From NCBI GenBank assembly GCA_028712895.1, contig JAQTPL010000001.1:3681-67680 (forward strand): a stretch of 64,000 bases of DNA, read 5' to 3'. Origin of the DNA: a bacterium (lineage in GTDB: Bacteria; CAYTYR01; UBA6262). The position numbers and the translations under genes were made by a program. The notes beneath the pieces are model-generated. The model was not told where the DNA came from. It did no database searches and worked only from the letters and a program-made list of their open reading frames with translations. This document shows positions 1-8,384 of the stretch, piece by piece (positions within the stretch are counted from its first letter, which is position 1; each line of letters opens with the position of its first letter).

Positions 1-275
1 CCTTCCAGCTCCAGCTTCTTTTTCACCAATTCGGTCATGTGTACAAAATCCCGGCGATCCAGGCCCAGATTATCAAAATCAAGATCCTCCGAGAACCGGT
101 TATGCTCATAAGCGATCCGCAATGCCGTACCACCCATAAAGGCTAATTCATGACCATATTTTGAATCAAAAATAATAGACAATATCTTATATTGCAGGTA
201 CTCCCGCATAATATTCTTCTTGAACGGCTTAAGATAGTCTGGATAAAAAGTTTCAATTTGTTTAAGATCAAGCAT
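1..275 (-). CDS. AbiEii/AbiGii-type nucleotidyltransferase toxin (DUF1814-like), N-terminal part; gene continues past window start
   Basis: Minus-strand translation from ATG at 275-273 reads MLDLKQIETFYPDYLKPFKKNIMREYLQYKILSIIFDSKYGHELAFMGGTALRIAYEHNRFSEDLDFDN..., a typical AbiEii N-terminus. Its start overlaps the stop of the upstream AbiEi-like gene by 8 nt. Confidence 0.6.
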   Translation of the reverse strand, partial: MLDLKQIETFYPDYLKPFKKNIMREYLQYKILSIIFDSKYGHELAFMGGTALRIAYEHNRFSEDLDFDNLGLDRRDFVHMTELVKKKLELE

Positions 276-885
276 TCTGCAGGTACTCCATAAAATTATT
301 TATTCTTCTCAAAAGCTGCTTCTGGCCCATTCTTTCCGCCAGTGCTCTCAGCTTGTCCCGATCACCTTCCTTCAGGAACAGCTCAGCGTTAAACCGGAGC
401 TTAGTAAAATCGTCACTGCTCTTTAGATCGGGATGGATATAGAAATAATCTAATATGGCCTTTTCCCGGCAGGCAATTTTGCCATGCTTGCCGTTATGAT
501 CGATCAGCTCATAGCCGAAAAAAAGGCCGGGCTTCAGCGAGTGATACTTAAAATTGGCCATAGGGGTCTTAAAAGCGCGCGTTACCAGGGTACTGGCAGA
601 GGTTATCCCATACACGCTTTCCGGGATGAGATGGTAAAAAGACAGGGCAGATTCAAAAGAAACATAGGAAGGGTCATATATTTTATTAGCCAAGATAAAC
701 AGGGCAAATTCATCCATCTTTACATCAGTGAAAATATAATAACCCCTGATCACCTTTCTGATATAACCCTTTTCCTGCCAGTTATTCAGTCTGCGGCGAT
801 GAAATTTCGGGTCTACGCTGTGTATATCTGCCAGCGAGAATATGGTAAAATCCTGTAAAGCCTGCTGAAACTCTAAAAACCTCAT
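268..885 (-). CDS. AbiEi-family antitoxin / COG5340-type transcriptional regulator (type IV TA system)
   Basis: The 205-aa ORF has the N-terminal wHTH-like MRFLEFQQALQDFTIFSLADI...FHRRRLNNWQEKGYIRKVIRGYYIF typical of AbiEi antitoxins. It overlaps the downstream nucleotidyltransferase gene. Confidence 0.6.
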   Translation of the reverse strand: MRFLEFQQALQDFTIFSLADIHSVDPKFHRRRLNNWQEKGYIRKVIRGYYIFTDVKMDEFALFILANKIYDPSYVSFESALSFYHLIPESVYGITSASTLVTRAFKTPMANFKYHSLKPGLFFGYELIDHNGKHGKIACREKAILDYFYIHPDLKSSDDFTKLRFNAELFLKEGDRDKLRALAERMGQKQLLRRINNFMEYLQNA

Positions 886-976
886 CTATTTCTCCAAACT
901 GCTATTAATAGCACTTTCAAGAAACAATATGCCATTATATCGTTCATTTGTCAAGTATTATTTTGTCCTGACCTCA

Positions 977-2323
977 TTACACATAATTATAAGCTACTTT
1001 CCTTAACATCCTGCCTGTCCAGATAACTCCTATAACCGCAGAAGATAGATCAGTTAACAATCTACCCCAAAAAATACCGGCGATGCCAAACAATTTCGCG
1101 CCGAAATAGGCCAAAGGTATCATCAACACAACCACACGGATCACGGTTAAATAAGTAGAAAAGACTGGCTTGTGGATACCTATAAAACAAAAAGTAGCAT
1201 AGCGGTGCACTTCCAGAAATCCATAGCCAAAACACGTAATATAAATATAACGCACCAGGATATTGATAACTGCGGGATCGGCAGAAAATAGTTTACCCAG
1301 AGGACGCGCGATGACCAGAAAAACTATCGCGATGACAAAGCCAAAGCCCAGCGCGAAGAGCATCGCCCCTTTGCGCACAGCGCGAATCCGGTCGAAACGT
1401 TTGGCCCCATAATTCTGGGCAATGAATGGCACCAGCGAAATACCTACAGTCATAGGGATCATGAACGCAAACATCTCGATGCGGCTGGCCACCCCGACCG
1501 CGGCTACCGCGCTGTCGCCAAATCCGGCGACTATCTTAATAACAATCGCGGCAGATAACGGAGTCAAAATAGAACTTAACGTAGTAGGAATACCGATATA
1601 CAGGATCCGGCGCCAGGAAGCAGCGATACGATTGATTGAATGGGAAACGAAAATGATCAAATGATATCTTTTATGGATGAACAGGAAGGCCCCGACCAAT
1701 ACGAGCGTTTCGGCAATAACCGTAGCCAGCGCCGCCCCTTGTATTCCCAGCCGTGGGAATCCCCACAATCCGAAAATCATTACCGGATCGAGAATGAAAT
1801 TCAACACTGTGCCCAAGACCATCAGCAAACTGACTGCCTTCGTATGTCCCGCACCAATAATAATGTCGGCAAACATCATATGCAAAACCCTGAAAATCAA
1901 GCCATAATACCAAATCGTCATGTATTGCCGCGTCAGCGCCAGCACCTCTCCTGCCGCACCCAAGCGCGTAAAGACAGGATCGATCGTTAAAAGTCCGGCC
2001 ACCATCAGGCACAAGGCCGCGCTGGAAGACAAAAAAACTGCGTGCGTAGTAATGCGTGCCGCCGTCTTCTGCTTCCCTTTGCCTAAGGCATGCGCCACTA
2101 CGGTCATGGCTCCGGTTCCCAGTCCGCGCATAATAAAACTAATCAGCATTACCACCGGAAAAGTAAAAGACATCGCTGCCAGGGCATTAGTCCCCAACCG
2201 CGACACAAACCAGGTATCAGTTAAGTTATAGGCGTTCATGGCGAATGTCCCGGCCAACATCGGGACAGCCATGCGTACAATTGTAGGAAATACTTTATCT
2301 TTAACTAATAGCGCATTATTCAT
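977..2323 (-). CDS. MATE family efflux transporter
   Basis: The 448-aa protein is hydrophobic throughout, with a 12-TM-like pattern. N-terminus VKDKVFPTIVRMAVPMLAGTFAMNAYNLTDTWFVSRLGTNALAAMSFTFP is typical of NorM/DinF MATE proteins. Confidence 0.85.
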   Translation of the reverse strand: MNNALLVKDKVFPTIVRMAVPMLAGTFAMNAYNLTDTWFVSRLGTNALAAMSFTFPVVMLISFIMRGLGTGAMTVVAHALGKGKQKTAARITTHAVFLSSSAALCLMVAGLLTIDPVFTRLGAAGEVLALTRQYMTIWYYGLIFRVLHMMFADIIIGAGHTKAVSLLMVLGTVLNFILDPVMIFGLWGFPRLGIQGAALATVIAETLVLVGAFLFIHKRYHLIIFVSHSINRIAASWRRILYIGIPTTLSSILTPLSAAIVIKIVAGFGDSAVAAVGVASRIEMFAFMIPMTVGISLVPFIAQNYGAKRFDRIRAVRKGAMLFALGFGFVIAIVFLVIARPLGKLFSADPAVINILVRYIYITCFGYGFLEVHRYATFCFIGIHKPVFSTYLTVIRVVVLMIPLAYFGAKLFGIAGIFWGRLLTDLSSAVIGVIWTGRMLRKVAYNYV

Positions 2324-2348
2324 TTAATATTATTATGTCCCCGGAATT

Positions 2349-2819
2349 TTAATTCAAATAAACGAGCGCTCCATTCAATATCCCTGCAAAACTGACCCAT
2401 ATTATGTAAGGTACCAACAGCCACGCTGCCGCTGTCGATACTTTTTTAAAAACCACTATCGTCCACAGTATGGCGCACCATAATACTATTATGACTCCCA
2501 TGGCTCCAGCAATAGAATGGAGCCCAAAAAACACCGCTGACCAGCTAACATTCAACGCCAGTTGCAAAGCAAATATCCACATTGCTTTCCTGGTACTTGG
2601 CTTCTCTGCTGATCTCGCCCATACCATATACAAAGCTATACCCATCAGGAGAAATAATGTGTTCCATACAGGCATAAACACCCAATCCGGTGGATTAAAA
2701 GCCGGCTTTTGTATAGTCGTGTACCAGGTTTTTACCGAATTAGCCGTAAAGAGCCCGCCTAATCCCCCTGCCAGTTCACATATAATGATGCTTAGTGTTA
2801 GTTTCAGCCACTTTTTCAT
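2349..2819 (-). CDS. tspO: TspO/MBR family tryptophan-rich sensory protein
   Basis: The 156-aa, 5-TM Trp-rich protein has the motifs KPAFNPPDWVFMPVWNTLFLLMGIA and LALNVSWSAVFFG characteristic of TspO. Confidence 0.8.
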   Translation of the reverse strand: MKKWLKLTLSIIICELAGGLGGLFTANSVKTWYTTIQKPAFNPPDWVFMPVWNTLFLLMGIALYMVWARSAEKPSTRKAMWIFALQLALNVSWSAVFFGLHSIAGAMGVIIVLWCAILWTIVVFKKVSTAAAWLLVPYIIWVSFAGILNGALVYLN

Positions 2820-2834
2820 CTAACTACCTACCCT

Positions 2835-3344
2835 TTATATCTTCCTGCTATCATAGGCCCAATGCAGTATTGCCTGTCTTTGTTTCGGACGGCAGGTAAT
2901 GCCACCAGGCGGGCAATTCTTTTTGACCTGGGCGATATGACGGGCCATCGCTTTCCATCTTTTGATTTGACGTTGGTCCTCGCGCGGCAGCCGTCGCCCC
3001 ATATAGTAGCGGCAATACCACTGGAACCAGCCACGGGGATCATCAGGATAGATCCATCCTTTTTTCCTCCAATATGAGAGCGGTTTGCTGGCATTCACTC
3101 CGAAGTAATTCAGCTTGGGGTCATGCTGTTCAGGGCAGAGTTTGGCTTTTTTGAACCAGTCAGCCGGGAATTCTTTCTGGCAATCTGTCATATATTTGCC
3201 GCCGAATATGCCCATAGCCAGCATTTGTTTCGGAGTTATTTCCGGTTTAAAGTCAGGCGTAAAATTCCAGCCCACAGGCTCTACCAACTGGTACCGGTAA
3301 TTCTTTTGCATCTTATCGTTGACCACCACGGTTTTCAGTTTCAT
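2835..3344 (-). CDS. conserved hypothetical protein (Trp/Tyr/Arg-rich, 169 aa)
   Basis: The intact ORF is bounded by the TspO gene and the island boundary. No family was recognised from sequence alone. Confidence 0.45.
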   Translation of the reverse strand: MKLKTVVVNDKMQKNYRYQLVEPVGWNFTPDFKPEITPKQMLAMGIFGGKYMTDCQKEFPADWFKKAKLCPEQHDPKLNYFGVNASKPLSYWRKKGWIYPDDPRGWFQWYCRYYMGRRLPREDQRQIKRWKAMARHIAQVKKNCPPGGITCRPKQRQAILHWAYDSRKI

Positions 3345-3434
3345 AACCTGCCTAATTTAATTAGTATTGCCTGCCCCCGCGGCTTTGATTTTCCAGTTTC
3401 TCGGACAAATCATCATGGGTGTTCCCGGATTTAA

Positions 3435-3512
3435 CCGGACACCTACGCGGTGTCTGAAAAGGGTCTACGATGTTGATAGTTTAGCCCTGACCCCGTTTTT
3501 CACAAGTTCCGG
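3435..3512. repeat. REP-like composite repeat (copy A), left boundary of the AT-rich island
   Basis: Contains the hairpin module gacacc-tacgc-ggtgtc and the module ggggtcagggctaaactatcaaca (as reverse complement). Its reverse complement recurs at 11984-12082, with module variants at 10696, 10800, 11634, 12779 and 14053. Confidence 0.7.
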
Positions 3513-3656
3513 AGCTTCTCAAGGTAACTGATGGGTGTGGCGCCGACTGGATAATCTTTATAGCAATCATTAAACTTAAGATTGTGGAAAATCTTTCAAG
3601 GGATATCTATCTCTTCCCTTGACAATCACCTAAATAGGTGACCCCGGTGTATTTCC

Positions 3657-4607
3657 TTACAGGTTTATAATTAATCCTTGAATCTTAGGAGGAATCGGGC
3701 CAAAAATATCCTTTAATTCCTTTGATATATACATGTTTCTTCTATGATTTCTAAATCCTTTATAAACTGCTTCGACATCAGAATCAATCAATATACCTAA
3801 AACCGCTTGAAATGGAGTAATTGAATGGGCAGATAAGATATATTTATATTTATCGGATTCAAAATTCTGTTCTAAATAAGTTACTTCCTTATTACAAATA
3901 TTAAGAACCTCATATATTTCATTAACTAATCCATGCATATTTTGAGGTAAATTAGGCAAGCCCCATGTCTTCTGTATAAGCACACATATTCTTGCTTTTC
4001 GAGCAAAGTCTTCGAAGTTATTATCAGGACAAATATTAGCCACCTCATCTATATGTCCAAGGATTTGATCTGATTGTTCAAGCATTGCTTTTATTTGATG
4101 GGCTATTCTAAAGCGAGGCCAAAGTAATTTATCTCCTTTATATAATATATCATGAGTGGCTTTTGCCCAACCATGCTGCAGGAATGTTTTAATTTGTAAC
4201 TCAAAAGGTCTCATCAAATATTCTTTTCCTGGCACACTTACTTGTGGATTATAGTTAATATGCAGATGTAAATCGTCATAGATGAAATTAGAATATTCTT
4301 TGCTACGGTTCTTAATTTGTTTAATCACAATGAACTGTTTTTCTACATCTCTTTTTATTAATTCAACCTGTACATGTGTCGCGACTACAATAGTAGCAGC
4401 ATACAAGTCAATAATATCGTCATGATTAGCATATTTGCCAGTCTCTATTTTTTGGGCAAAACTTTCCTTCTCCTTAATTCTGCTGCTAAATAAACCATCA
4501 AAACGTAAGGAAATTGAATCCAAAACAGGATCAATTTCCCTTTTTAATAATTCTAGTTTTTGCTGAATATTATCATATATTTCTGATATCCTGCTTGAAA
4601 TAATCAT
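3657..4607 (-). CDS. RelA/SpoT-domain nucleotidyltransferase (small-alarmone-synthetase-like, toxSAS-like) with a ~150-aa C-terminal extension
   Basis: The N-terminal half carries the ordered synthetase motifs SRIKEKESFAQK (R-x-K-x3-S-x3-K), DLYAATIVV (D-x2-G-x-R-ii), YDDLHLHINY and FELQIKTFLQHGWAKATHDILYKG (E-x-Q-x-R-T...W-A...H..YK). The start ATG overlaps the stop of the DUF262 gene (ATGA). The gene is very AT-rich. Confidence 0.6.
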   Translation of the reverse strand: MIISSRISEIYDNIQQKLELLKREIDPVLDSISLRFDGLFSSRIKEKESFAQKIETGKYANHDDIIDLYAATIVVATHVQVELIKRDVEKQFIVIKQIKNRSKEYSNFIYDDLHLHINYNPQVSVPGKEYLMRPFELQIKTFLQHGWAKATHDILYKGDKLLWPRFRIAHQIKAMLEQSDQILGHIDEVANICPDNNFEDFARKARICVLIQKTWGLPNLPQNMHGLVNEIYEVLNICNKEVTYLEQNFESDKYKYILSAHSITPFQAVLGILIDSDVEAVYKGFRNHRRNMYISKELKDIFGPIPPKIQGLIINL

Positions 4608-5602
4608 TTTGTTTTAATCAACTTTTTAATAATAATTTTTCTAGACTCTCTGTTAACTTTATCATTAGGTTGAGCGCTAATTGCGTTTTGATAAATTGTA
4701 ACATCTTTTTCTAAGGATTTTATATCGACTTTTTTAATAAACTTAAGTATATTCTTTCTAGAAGCTTCAAAATCAATATCTTCAGCTATTAATTCTAATA
4801 ATGCTGCCCATAAAGAGTAAAAATCAGAATAATTACTTAATCTATTTGAGCATGTATCCAATTTAAGCTTAATAATAGATCCTTTTACCTTATCAAACTC
4901 TTTTCTCGCTTTTTTTTCATTAGGAATTTCTTCATCATATTCAGCATAATAATTATCCAATAAGTCCTTATCTGTAGTGGAAATCCCATGCATCGTTAAA
5001 AAGAACAATTCTGAGATAAATTCAACATCTTTCATCCTTCTTATTGTTGCGGGCCTACTAATGCAAATATCTTCCCAAAAAGGATCGTCTGCAACTTCCG
5101 TTATAAGAGATATAAATCTTCCAGAATATTTAGCATGCCTTAATTCTTGAGCTGTCAACTTCAAAACATTTCTATTCAATCTATCAAATGTATCGTTAAT
5201 TATTTCTTCTTCTGCGCCCTGGAGATTTTCAACTGAAATTTCATATCCCCATAATTTACTTCTATTATCATTTGATAATTCTCCAAAATATTTACCATTC
5301 AGTTCTAAATTGCCAAAATCATCTGGTATAGCTATTTTACCCTGTACAAAATCCATAATAGATTCAAGGCGCTGTTTCCCATCAACTACATAATATGTAA
5401 CAACTCCATTTGGAGCAACAATAGTATTTAGAAATATTGAAGGAGAAGGATAATTTCTCATAATAGTATCTATGAAAAAGCGCTTATACGATTTGGTCCA
5501 AACACTTCTCCTTTGGTATGGAGGATCTAAAACCATTAACTTTCTATTAATTAAATCAATAAACCATGCAATATTTTGCCTGTTCAATGTTCTTTGTATC
5601 AT
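4604..5602 (-). CDS. DUF262 (ParB/Srx-fold, GmrSD N-terminal-like) domain protein
   Basis: The 332-aa protein carries DPPYQRRSVWTKSYKRFFIDTIMRNYPSPSIFL and VVDGKQRLESI, the DGQQR-type DUF262 signature. No DUF1524/HNH half is present. It is translationally coupled to the RelA/SpoT-like gene. Confidence 0.65.
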   Translation of the reverse strand: MIQRTLNRQNIAWFIDLINRKLMVLDPPYQRRSVWTKSYKRFFIDTIMRNYPSPSIFLNTIVAPNGVVTYYVVDGKQRLESIMDFVQGKIAIPDDFGNLELNGKYFGELSNDNRSKLWGYEISVENLQGAEEEIINDTFDRLNRNVLKLTAQELRHAKYSGRFISLITEVADDPFWEDICISRPATIRRMKDVEFISELFFLTMHGISTTDKDLLDNYYAEYDEEIPNEKKARKEFDKVKGSIIKLKLDTCSNRLSNYSDFYSLWAALLELIAEDIDFEASRKNILKFIKKVDIKSLEKDVTIYQNAISAQPNDKVNRESRKIIIKKLIKTK

Positions 5603-5708
5603 TTTAGTTCCTCCTCATTTTTCTTATTTTGAAAAATGTGTCTTATAACTGGGAATATAGCACTTATTTCTTTTAGATAGTATTGTTTGATGCCCCGGAT
5701 ATCCAAAA

Positions 5709-6827
5709 TTAAATTGTGCATTGTCCTTCATTGCTAATTACTACATTTTGTTTCTTCCAATCTTTAGGCAATAAAGTATCTTCATTATTACTAAAATAAG
5801 AAGCCCTTACTATTCCCACTAGATCTTGTATTTCATTTGCATATTGATTACCTTTGTTATATCGTTCTATAATTTCTCTTTCTAACCAATACTCTGATTT
5901 ATACATATCTTCTTTATTTTCATATTCTTTTAAAATATTATTATAGTCATAAAGTATTTTATTTACTCCAATTTCAACGCTTTTATTATCAGAAATTATT
6001 CTATCAGTTTTCACTTGCATAATACCTAATGTTTTTGAATGACCTACTTTAAATAGTAAAACCTCAAGCATACGAATAAGCTTAGGCCTATTAAAAGACT
6101 CATAAATCATAATTGAATAAATTAATGCTTTTAATTTTGCATTTGTTACTTTATCTTCTATTATAGATTTGTATTTATGCTGATAAGAGAGAAACTTATA
6201 ATCAATATATTTGCTCTTCCTTTTTTCTGTATCTCTTGGTGACAGTTTAATATTATTAAACAATTCATATAGAAAAAATATAATTATTAACCATAATTCG
6301 TTACCAATTGTTTGCATATCTGGAAATAAGTAACTTCTTACAACTATTAGCTTCCTGTATATAAAATATGATATAAATATTATTATTACTGCACATAATA
6401 ATTCCTTATTCCAGTCAAGTAACTTTGCTCTTCCGAGAGCTAAGTTAAATAGCAATCTAAATGCTACATAGTATACGCTTATCAAGTAAATACTATTTAC
6501 ATATATATCCATCGAAAGTGCATATAATATAACTGAAATTATAATTATATATACAACTGGCGAAAATATTCTATAAATAAAATTAAACATTGGTGCTTCA
6601 TCTGCCTTCATAAATATTGATAGTTCCATATATCCCTTTGAGTATGACTGTTTACCAATAATGTTAATCAGAATAAACTGAAGTAATGCTAATCCAAAAT
6701 GTAATGTATAAGTATCCCAACTCATTTTGATTTCACCTACTTTATTAAATAGACCATGCAACGTGGTCAGGCACTGAAACGTGAAAGTAATTCTTTGTCT
6801 GGATTCAGAATTAGTATTGTGTCTCAC
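5709..6827 (-). CDS. integral membrane protein with a C-terminal soluble domain (hypothetical)
   Basis: The 372-aa ORF likely starts at the internal Met (MSWDTYTL, ~6725). It has about 6 hydrophobic helices followed by a ~150-aa polar domain. The domain bears a weak ESF...GIMQ...YN.G resemblance to lytic transglycosylases, which is uncertain. A 10-nt gap separates it from the upstream protease gene. Confidence 0.5.
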   Translation of the reverse strand: MRHNTNSESRQRITFTFQCLTTLHGLFNKVGEIKMSWDTYTLHFGLALLQFILINIIGKQSYSKGYMELSIFMKADEAPMFNFIYRIFSPVVYIIIISVILYALSMDIYVNSIYLISVYYVAFRLLFNLALGRAKLLDWNKELLCAVIIIFISYFIYRKLIVVRSYLFPDMQTIGNELWLIIIFFLYELFNNIKLSPRDTEKRKSKYIDYKFLSYQHKYKSIIEDKVTNAKLKALIYSIMIYESFNRPKLIRMLEVLLFKVGHSKTLGIMQVKTDRIISDNKSVEIGVNKILYDYNNILKEYENKEDMYKSEYWLEREIIERYNKGNQYANEIQDLVGIVRASYFSNNEDTLLPKDWKKQNVVISNEGQCTI

Positions 6828-6836
6828 ATATTAATT

Positions 6837-7724
6837 CTAAATTTGTATAAATGAAGAACCTAAATGGTTTTCAATAATTTTACCTGCTTGTGTTGCCGAT
6901 AAGGTATGAATAAAAGTATGATGAACCGTTAAGACAGCATCTTGAAGTTCATTATCTTGCTCTAACATAGATATTCTTAATCCAACTTCTATACATCGTT
7001 CTGGAGGTAAATGTCTAGAATGGGATAAAGTTACATCATGACTACCTATTACTTCCACAATTCTATTAGCAGTATCGGAACGCAGTGGTTCTGACAAATC
7101 AGCTAGCATCCCTGTCCCTAGCCACTTTTTTACCAAATATTCAGACCAATTAATAGCTTTTTGGCATTCTCCAATAAAAGCAGGTGGGTATTTAGCTATT
7201 ATCGGTTGCCAAACTGGTATTTTTGCAGGGTTTGCCTTTATTTCATTATATGCTTTTTCAAACTCTTCAATAACGCCTTGGGCTGGAATACCATTAAATT
7301 GTGGGTCAATTGGACCAAGACTGGAGTGTTTACCCATTAATATTTCCTTGCAAGCGCAAGCAATCATAGTGCCCGCAGACATAGCAAGTTGAGGGACAAT
7401 TGCTCTTATATTTGTCCCAAACAAACTACGTAAATAGTCTACTAATGATTCTGTAGCAGCTGTTTCACCACCGGGAGTATGTAAAATTAAATCTAGTCCT
7501 TTCGATTTGTCCATACCTTTTAAAGTAGACATGAAACCATTTTTATCATTATCATTAATCGAAGCGACTAAAGGATGCATTTGTTTTTGAAGCCAACCAG
7601 AATAATACGCTATAACATTACGCCCTGTCAGTTCATAAAGCTTTTTGAGATATTTTCTTCTAATAATGTCAAAGGTGCTTCCTGATCCTTTTATTTCTTC
7701 TAATAACTCTTCCCAGTTTCCCAT
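6837..7724 (-). CDS. Clp-fold serine protease, SDH/S49-like family
   Basis: The 295-aa protein carries ILHTPGGETAATESLVDYLRS and AMSAGTMIACAC (a Ser nucleophile in a GxSxG-like context), typical of ClpP-fold SDH-type proteinases. Confidence 0.5.
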   Translation of the reverse strand: MGNWEELLEEIKGSGSTFDIIRRKYLKKLYELTGRNVIAYYSGWLQKQMHPLVASINDNDKNGFMSTLKGMDKSKGLDLILHTPGGETAATESLVDYLRSLFGTNIRAIVPQLAMSAGTMIACACKEILMGKHSSLGPIDPQFNGIPAQGVIEEFEKAYNEIKANPAKIPVWQPIIAKYPPAFIGECQKAINWSEYLVKKWLGTGMLADLSEPLRSDTANRIVEVIGSHDVTLSHSRHLPPERCIEVGLRISMLEQDNELQDAVLTVHHTFIHTLSATQAGKIIENHLGSSFIQI

Positions 7725-7882
7725 TTGCCACTCCTATCAGATAACGTATTATCCGTAATCAATATTTTCCACTTATCATCGGTTAGAAAATTACTAATAT
7801 TCCTTAAGTCTGTTTCTTTCCCATGGCCAATACCTAATATTTTGTATAGTTCTATTATCTTTGTTTTAGTAATATTGCGCAT
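7700..7882 (-). CDS. small hypothetical protein (60 aa), first gene of the protease/membrane-protein cluster
   Basis: This ORF-track entry is AT-rich like its neighbours and overlaps the protease start by 25 nt. No family was recognised. Confidence 0.3.
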   Translation of the reverse strand: MRNITKTKIIELYKILGIGHGKETDLRNISNFLTDDKWKILITDNTLSDRSGKWETGKSY

Positions 7883-7922
7883 TGATTACTCCTTAATAAT
7901 TATTTTAGGACAGATTTTTTGA

Positions 7923-8384
7923 TTATCTAGAGTTGTATTCTATCATTAATTTATCTACCAACTTAAAGACTCTTTTATTAATCTGACATTCCCAAAAAGT
8001 TAAAACCTTCCATCCTAAACTCTTTAATTCTTTATGTTTCCTTTTATCTCTCTCAATATTATTTCTAAACTTGTTGCTCCAAAATCTAATATGTGTCTTC
8101 GGCTTTGAAGGATTACAATATGGGCAGCGATGCCAATAACATCCGTTGACGAATATTGCAATTTTCTTATTTAGATAGCATATATCAGGCCTTCCTAATA
8201 CCTTTTTGCAGTGAAGCCTATACCCTCTTAATCCAGCCTCTCTTAGAGCCTTTCTAAGTATCAGCTCAGGCTTTGTGTTCTTTGCCTTAATAGCACTCAT
8301 TATACGAGATGTAATTTCTTTTTTAGGGATTGGAGCGCGACCATCTCTAATGTATTGATACCCCTTGTTACTATTTAAATACAT
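7923..8384 (-). CDS. vsr: very short patch repair endonuclease Vsr
   Basis: The 153-aa protein carries SRIMSAIKAKNTKPELILRKALREAGLRGYRLH and GRPDI...KIAIFVNGCYWHRC, matching the Vsr catalytic and zinc motifs. It lies directly downstream of the C5-MTase. Confidence 0.85.
   Translation of the reverse strand: MYLNSNKGYQYIRDGRAPIPKKEITSRIMSAIKAKNTKPELILRKALREAGLRGYRLHCKKVLGRPDICYLNKKIAIFVNGCYWHRCPYCNPSKPKTHIRFWSNKFRNNIERDKRKHKELKSLGWKVLTFWECQINKRVFKLVDKLMIEYNSR

Noticed and set aside
484-858. 124-aa plus-strand ORF overlapping the AbiEi gene
   Set aside because: It is fully antisense to a well-supported CDS and has no recognisable domain.
1422-2231. Several 76-116-aa ORFs on both strands within the MATE transporter gene
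   Set aside because: They overlap a high-confidence 448-aa CDS. These are out-of-frame shadows.
3597-3624. Hairpin caaggga-N10-tcccttg downstream of the RelA/SpoT-like gene, as an intrinsic terminator
   Set aside because: The stem is only 7 bp and the following tract is weakly T-rich, so it was not called as a feature.
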